DNA from: Vibrio vulnificus CMCP6
Lineage (GTDB): Bacteria > Pseudomonadota > Gammaproteobacteria > Enterobacterales > Vibrionaceae
Assembly (NCBI RefSeq): GCF_000039765.1
Contig: NC_004459.3
Location: 3,136,104-3,168,103, forward strand
Reading direction: 5' to 3'
Length of the DNA stretch: 32,000 nt
Position numbers and translations under genes: made by a program. The notes under the pieces were generated by a model that ran no database searches, was not told the origin of the DNA, and saw only the letters and a program-made list of their open reading frames with translations. This document shows positions 27,269-32,000 of the stretch, piece after piece; positions within the stretch are counted from its first letter, which is position 1; each line of letters begins with the position of its first letter.

Positions 27269-30028
27269 ATGTTGTCTTTAATTGAACAAATTCGTACAGG
27301 CGCGCTTTGGGATTTTCCAGGTGGTGTTCATCCTGCGGAAAACAAACGCCAGTCAAACCAGCAGCCTTTGGTGCACGCAGCGCTAGCCAATGAGATTGTG
27401 TTACCGCTCAAACAACACATCGGCAAACCGGGAAACATCTTGGTAAACGTAGGCGATCACGTCTTAAAAGGGCAATTGCTCACCCAATCGAATGCCGGTT
27501 TTACACTTCCAATTCACGCCTCGACTTCCGGAACCATAACAGCTATTGAAACACGCACAGTGGCGCACCCTTCTGGTTTGAGCGAAATGTGTGTGGTCAT
27601 CACGCCAGATGGCCAAGATACTTGGTGTGAAAAACAACCTGTCATCGATTATTCACAACAAAGCAGTGACTATCTTTTGGATGTGATTCGCATGGCGGGC
27701 ATTTCCGGAATGGGAGGCGCAGGCTTTCCGACCGCGAAAAAAATCCAATCTGGCTTAGGCCGAACAGAAATTTTGATTGTCAACGCGGCAGAATGTGAAC
27801 CGTACATCACCGCAGACGACAAGCTTTTGCAAGAACACGCGGAAGAGGTTCTACAAGGTATCGAAATTGTAGAACACATTTTGCAGCCTAAACTTACCAT
27901 CATCGGAATTGAAGATAACAAACCCGAAGCAATTAAAGCCCTTGAATCCGCCGCACAAAATAGAGACATCGTTATTCGTGTTATCCCCACCAAGTACCCC
28001 TCCGGTGGCGAAAAGCAGCTTATTAAGGTTCTGACAAATAAAGAAGTTCCCGCGGGCGGTATTCCTGCGGATATTGGTATCCTTGTTCAAAATGTCGGAT
28101 CGCTGTACGCGATTAAGCGCGCGGTAATGGACGGCGAACCAATGGTCAATCGAGTCGTCACCTTAACGGGCAACACCTTCGAGACACCACGTAACGTTTG
28201 GGTACCGCTGGGCACACCAGTACATGCTTTATTAGAACAATTTGGCTACCAAGCAGACAAAAAGTTACCACGTTTGATCATGGGCGGTCCGATGATGGGC
28301 TTTAGCCTGCCTCATGCAAACGTTCCGATCACCAAAACGTCCAACTGTATTTTGGCTCCAACCCGCAAAGAGATTTCTCCTGCGGGTTACGAAATGGAAT
28401 GTATTCGCTGCGGCGCATGCGCTGAAGCTTGTCCTGCTTCACTGCTTCCTCAGCAGCTACAATGGCACGCTAAAGCCGAAGAGTTCGACAAGTGTGAAGA
28501 GCTAAACTTAAAAGATTGTATCGAATGTGGCGCTTGTGCCTTTGTGTGCCCAAGTGAAATCCCGCTTGTCAGCTATTATCGTCAAGCTAAAGCCGAAATT
28601 CGGACGCGCGCTCAAGAAGCGGACGCAGCAGAGCGTGCCAAACTGCGCTTTGAAGAGAAAAAAGCACGCATGGAGCGCGAAAAAGAAGAACGCGAGAATC
28701 GCTTTAAAAAAGCCGCGGAAGATCGCCGTAAGGAAATGAAATCCACTGGAGGCGACGACGCCATTGCCGCCGCCATCGCTCGTGTTAAAGCGCAAAAAAC
28801 TCAAGATAGCGAGCAAGCACCAAGCGTTAAACCGGCAGTTGCTGCAGCCATTGCCAAAGCAAAAGCCAAACAAGCCGCCGCAGCTGACTCCGGTTCGTCT
28901 GAACCAGACAATTCAGAAATGGTGAAGTTACGCGAAGAACGTAAGCGTCTTGCTCGCGAGCGCAAAGCAGAGAAAGAGCAATCTAAAACCCCAGACTCTG
29001 AAGAGCAAGGGGATAAAAAATCTGCCGTTGCCGCCGCCATTGCAAGAGCAAAAGCGAAAAAAGCGCAGCAACCACCACTTGCTTCATCCGAATCATCGGC
29101 GGATGAACCTGAAGATAAGAAAGCCGCTGTTGCTGCAGCGATTGCTCGCGCCAAAGCACGAAAAGCGCAGCAAACAGACGAACCTGCACCTGAGCAAAAC
29201 CGCGAAGAATCGCAAGCAGCAGAAGACGCTCCTAAGAAAGCGGCCGTCGCCGCGGCGATTGCCCGTGCCAAAGCACGAAAAGCGCAGCAAACAGACGAAT
29301 CTGCACCTGAGCAAAACCGCGAAGAATCGCAACCAGCAGAAGACGATCCTAAGAAAGCGGCAGTCGCCGCGGCGATTGCCCGTGCCAAAGCACGAAAAGC
29401 ACAGCAAACAAGCGAGCCCGCACCTGAGCAAAACCGCGAAGAATCGCAACCAGCAGAGGACGATCCTAAGAAAGCGGCAGTCGCTGCGGCGATTGCCCGT
29501 GCCAAAGCGCGAAAAGCGCAACAAACAGACGAGCCTGCACCTGAGCAAAACCGCGAAGAATTGCAACCAACAGAAGACGATCCGAAGAAAGCGGCAGTCG
29601 CCGCGGCGATTGCTCGTGCCAAAGCACGAAAAGCGCAGCAAACAGACGAACCTGCACCTGAGCAAAACCGCGAAGAATCGCAACCAGCAGAGGACGATCC
29701 TAAGAAAGCGGCAGTCGCTGCGGCGATTGCTCGTGCTAAAGCACGAAAAGCGCAGCAAACAGACGAACCTGCACCTGAGCAAAACCGCGAAGAATCGCAA
29801 CCAGCAGAAGACGATCCGAAGAAAGCGGCCGTCGCTGCGGCGATTGCTCGTGCCAAAGCACGAAAAGCGCAGCAAACAGACGAACCTGCACCTGAGCAAA
29901 ACCGCGAAGAATCGCAACCAGCAGAGGACGATCCTAAGAAAGCGGCAGTCGCTGCGGCGATTGCTCGTGCCAAAGCGCGTAAAGCTCAACAAGCAGAACA
30001 AAAACAAAATACTGAGGAGAACGAGTAA
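27269..30028 (+). CDS. rnfC: Ion-translocating oxidoreductase complex subunit C with a greatly extended repetitive C-terminal tail
   Basis: The N-terminal ~450 aa is a canonical RnfC ([34 protein letters not shown]). The remaining ~470 aa are low-complexity Ala/Lys/Glu repeats. Total length is 919 aa. Confidence 0.93.
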   Translation: MLSLIEQIRTGALWDFPGGVHPAENKRQSNQQPLVHAALANEIVLPLKQHIGKPGNILVNVGDHVLKGQLLTQSNAGFTLPIHASTSGTITAIETRTVAHPSGLSEMCVVITPDGQDTWCEKQPVIDYSQQSSDYLLDVIRMAGISGMGGAGFPTAKKIQSGLGRTEILIVNAAECEPYITADDKLLQEHAEEVLQGIEIVEHILQPKLTIIGIEDNKPEAIKALESAAQNRDIVIRVIPTKYPSGGEKQLIKVLTNKEVPAGGIPADIGILVQNVGSLYAIKRAVMDGEPMVNRVVTLTGNTFETPRNVWVPLGTPVHALLEQFGYQADKKLPRLIMGGPMMGFSLPHANVPITKTSNCILAPTRKEISPAGYEMECIRCGACAEACPASLLPQQLQWHAKAEEFDKCEELNLKDCIECGACAFVCPSEIPLVSYYRQAKAEIRTRAQEADAAERAKLRFEEKKARMEREKEERENRFKKAAEDRRKEMKSTGGDDAIAAAIARVKAQKTQDSEQAPSVKPAVAAAIAKAKAKQAAAADSGSSEPDNSEMVKLREERKRLARERKAEKEQSKTPDSEEQGDKKSAVAAAIARAKAKKAQQPPLASSESSADEPEDKKAAVAAAIARAKARKAQQTDEPAPEQNREESQAAEDAPKKAAVAAAIARAKARKAQQTDESAPEQNREESQPAEDDPKKAAVAAAIARAKARKAQQTSEPAPEQNREESQPAEDDPKKAAVAAAIARAKARKAQQTDEPAPEQNREELQPTEDDPKKAAVAAAIARAKARKAQQTDEPAPEQNREESQPAEDDPKKAAVAAAIARAKARKAQQTDEPAPEQNREESQPAEDDPKKAAVAAAIARAKARKAQQTDEPAPEQNREESQPAEDDPKKAAVAAAIARAKARKAQQAEQKQNTEENE
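29117..29992 (+). repeat. 117-bp (39-codon) in-frame tandem repeat, 7 full copies plus a half copy, inside rnfC
   Basis: Unit boundaries fall at 29117, 29234, 29351, 29468, 29585, 29702, 29819 and 29936. The consensus peptide is [39 protein letters not shown]. The units differ by a few synonymous and non-synonymous changes. Confidence 0.95.
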
Positions 30029-31095
30029 TGTCGTTTTTTATTGCGAGCTCACCACACGCCCACAGTCGCAAAAGCACCCCAGATTTAATGAAATGGGTAG
30101 CACTATGTGCATTACCCGGATTGTTGGCGCAAACCTACTTTTTTGGTTGGGGCACATTAGTTCAACTCATTTTGGCAATCACCATCGCGTTATCTTTAGA
30201 AGCACTCGTGATGCTATTCAGAAAACGTCCACCAATGCGAGCGCTACGCGATCATAGTGCTCTGGTCACCGCTTGGTTACTGGCCGTCGCCATCCCCCCA
30301 ATGGCCCCTTGGTGGATCATCACAATTGGCCTTTTGTTTGCGATCGTGATTGCAAAGCATCTCTATGGTGGTCTAGGGCAAAACCCGTTCAACCCTGCCA
30401 TGATAGCTTATGTGGTACTTCTGATTTCCTTCCCAGTGCAAATGACCAGTTGGAGTGCTCCTCTACCTCTGATTGAAGCAGGACACGAAGTGGCCAAAGA
30501 TCCAGTGACATTCGGGGATCTTCTTTCCCTGATCTTTACCGGACTCACTATCGATGGTTCTTCTCTGCAACAAGTTCGTGCAGGCATCGATGGCATTACC
30601 ACGGCAACGCCGCTTGATGCTTTCAAAACGGGTCTGCACAGCGGAGCGACATCGTCAGAAATTCTCAGCCAACCTATTTTTGAAGGTTTTGCGGGTGTGG
30701 GCTGGCAATGGGTTAACCTTGCCTACTTGGCGGGTGGTCTGATTTTGCTCAAGCAACGCGTTATCCAATGGCATATTCCTGTCGGATTTTTAGGTGCGTT
30801 GCTTGTGATGAGCAGCTTTTTCTCCCTGTTCTTCCCTGGTGAAACAGCATCACCACTGTTTCACCTCCTTTCCGGTGCGACGATGCTTGGCGCATTCTTT
30901 ATTGCAACGGATCCCGTATCCGCTTCAACAACAATAAAGGGGCGTATCCTCTTTGGGGCGATCATCGGTACTCTCGTCTTTATCATACGTAGCTGGGGAG
31001 GCTTCCCAGACGGTGTGGCATTTGCAGTGTTATTGGCCAACATGTGTGTACCTTTGATCGATTACTACACCAAACCAAGAACTTACGGGCACTAA
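30028..31095 (+). CDS. rnfD: Ion-translocating oxidoreductase complex subunit D
   Basis: 355 aa polytopic membrane protein. Its start overlaps the rnfC stop (TAATG). It carries the FMN-attachment region [11 protein letters not shown]. Confidence 0.95.
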   Translation: MSFFIASSPHAHSRKSTPDLMKWVALCALPGLLAQTYFFGWGTLVQLILAITIALSLEALVMLFRKRPPMRALRDHSALVTAWLLAVAIPPMAPWWIITIGLLFAIVIAKHLYGGLGQNPFNPAMIAYVVLLISFPVQMTSWSAPLPLIEAGHEVAKDPVTFGDLLSLIFTGLTIDGSSLQQVRAGIDGITTATPLDAFKTGLHSGATSSEILSQPIFEGFAGVGWQWVNLAYLAGGLILLKQRVIQWHIPVGFLGALLVMSSFFSLFFPGETASPLFHLLSGATMLGAFFIATDPVSASTTIKGRILFGAIIGTLVFIIRSWGGFPDGVAFAVLLANMCVPLIDYYTKPRTYGH

Positions 31096-31110
31096 AAGGC
31101 AGGAAATGAA

Positions 31111-31746
31111 ATGTTAAACGCAATACGAAAGAACGGTTTAACACTAGCAATATTTGCCTGTGCTACCACAGGGCTAGTGGCCATGACGCAATATTTAACT
31201 AAGGACCAAATCACACTTCAGGAGCAAAAGCAGCTCTCTTCGATCCTTAATCAAGTCATCCCGCAAAGCGCACATGACAACTTATTGTTTGAATCTTGTA
31301 CATTGGTGAGCGATTCCGCGCTAGGCTCCGATAAGGCGATGCCAGCCTATATTGCTACACGTAATGGCCAAGCCACCGCCATTGCTATTGAGTCCGTAGC
31401 ACCAGATGGCTACAACGGTGCCATTAAGATCATTACGGGTATCGATACCAGCGGTACCGTGCTTGGCACGCGCGTACTTAGCCATCAAGAAACTCCAGGG
31501 TTAGGCGACAAGATCGACCTTAGAGTGACAGATTGGATCACCAGTTTCACCGGAAAACAGTTAAACGATGGCAACTATAACAGTTGGAAAGTGCGTAAAG
31601 ATGGTGGAGAATTTGACCAGTTTACCGGCGCGACCATTACACCTCGTGCGGTTGTTAAAGCGGTGCGCAACACCGTTGAGTTCGTCAATACCCATCGTGA
31701 ACAGATTCTGAATCAACCACTTAACTGTGGAGGCCACTATGAGTGA
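31111..31746 (+). CDS. rnfG: Ion-translocating oxidoreductase complex subunit G
   Basis: 211 aa with an N-terminal TM anchor and the FMN-binding motif [14 protein letters not shown]. Confidence 0.95.
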
Positions 31747-32000
31747 GCATAAAAAATTACTTAAAAATGGCATGTGGGACAACAACCCTGCACTGGTCCA
31801 GCTACTTGGTCTGTGTCCGCTACTGGCGGTATCGTCAACCGTCACCAACGCACTTGGTCTCGGCATAGCAACATTATTGGTTCTCGTTGGCTCCAACGTC
31901 ACTGTTTCTCTGATTCGTAACTACGTACCAAAAGAAATTCGTATTCCGGTATTCGTTATGATCATTGCCTCACTGGTCACGTGCGTTCAATTACTGATGA
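31739..32000 (+). CDS. rnfE: Ion-translocating oxidoreductase complex subunit E, N-terminal part (continues beyond window)
   Basis: Absent from the ORF track because there is no stop in the window. ATG 31739 overlaps the rnfG end (ATGAGTGA). The translation [42 protein letters not shown] is canonical RnfE/RsxE. Confidence 0.9.

Noticed and set aside
28801-30257. Very long overlapping ORFs on both strands across the rnfC repeat: 28801-29973 minus (390 aa), 29093-30007 minus (304 aa), 28950-30257 plus (435 aa), and several shorter ones.
   Set aside because: They exist only because the 117-bp repeat lacks stop codons in several frames. Their products are repetitive junk (Cys/Phe/Arg-rich or KRSKQTNLH repeats), and the rnfC frame is the one continuous with a canonical RnfC N-terminal domain.
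1-32000. Search for CRISPR arrays, integrases or transposases, toxin-antitoxin pairs, restriction-modification or other defence or accessory modules.
   Set aside because: Nothing was found. Every sizeable ORF is accounted for by a housekeeping family, and I saw no long inverted or direct terminal repeats. The only marked compositional shift I saw is the short uvrB-tRNA spacer.

Overview
This window reads as conserved core chromosome of a Vibrio-like gammaproteobacterium (Vibrionaceae), not an accessory island. I estimate GC at about 47-48% by eye.

Gene order, left to right:
- trpE (3' end)-trpG-trpD-trpCF-trpB-trpA
- a DAACS-family symporter
- an 80-aa GemA/DUF1018-like orphan
- yciB, yciA, yciI and a small lipoprotein
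- yqjG (Xi-class GST, minus strand)
- oppABCDF (minus)
- moaABCDE (minus), with a probable Moco riboswitch leader
- a ybhK/YvcK-family gene
- luxU and luxO (minus), with the divergent sigma54-dependent sRNA gene qrr1
- uvrB (minus)
- tRNA-Asn
- rnfABCDG and the start of rnfE

I found no integrase, transposase, CRISPR array, toxin-antitoxin pair or recognisable defence genes. I cannot honestly claim a new multi-gene system here.

What the ORF track misses or does not explain:
1. The complete Qrr1 module: LuxO sites, sigma54 promoter, sRNA, and a seed-matching site in the luxO leader.
2. A cluster of DnaA boxes upstream of uvrB, including a head-to-head pair. It resembles E. coli DARS1 in position and architecture.
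3. A near-consensus sigma54 promoter in front of the solitary phage-Mu GemA-like gene.
4. A 117-bp tandem repeat (7.5 near-identical copies plus older degenerate copies). It makes the C-terminal half of RnfC a long Ala/Lys-rich plus acidic repeat tail.
5. A PurR/LacI-type palindrome upstream of the transporter.
6. A lipoprotein translationally coupled to yciI, which may belong to the AspS/YghG pilotin family.

Several ORF-track starts are N-terminally over-extended. I corrected them using RBS position and conserved N-termini.
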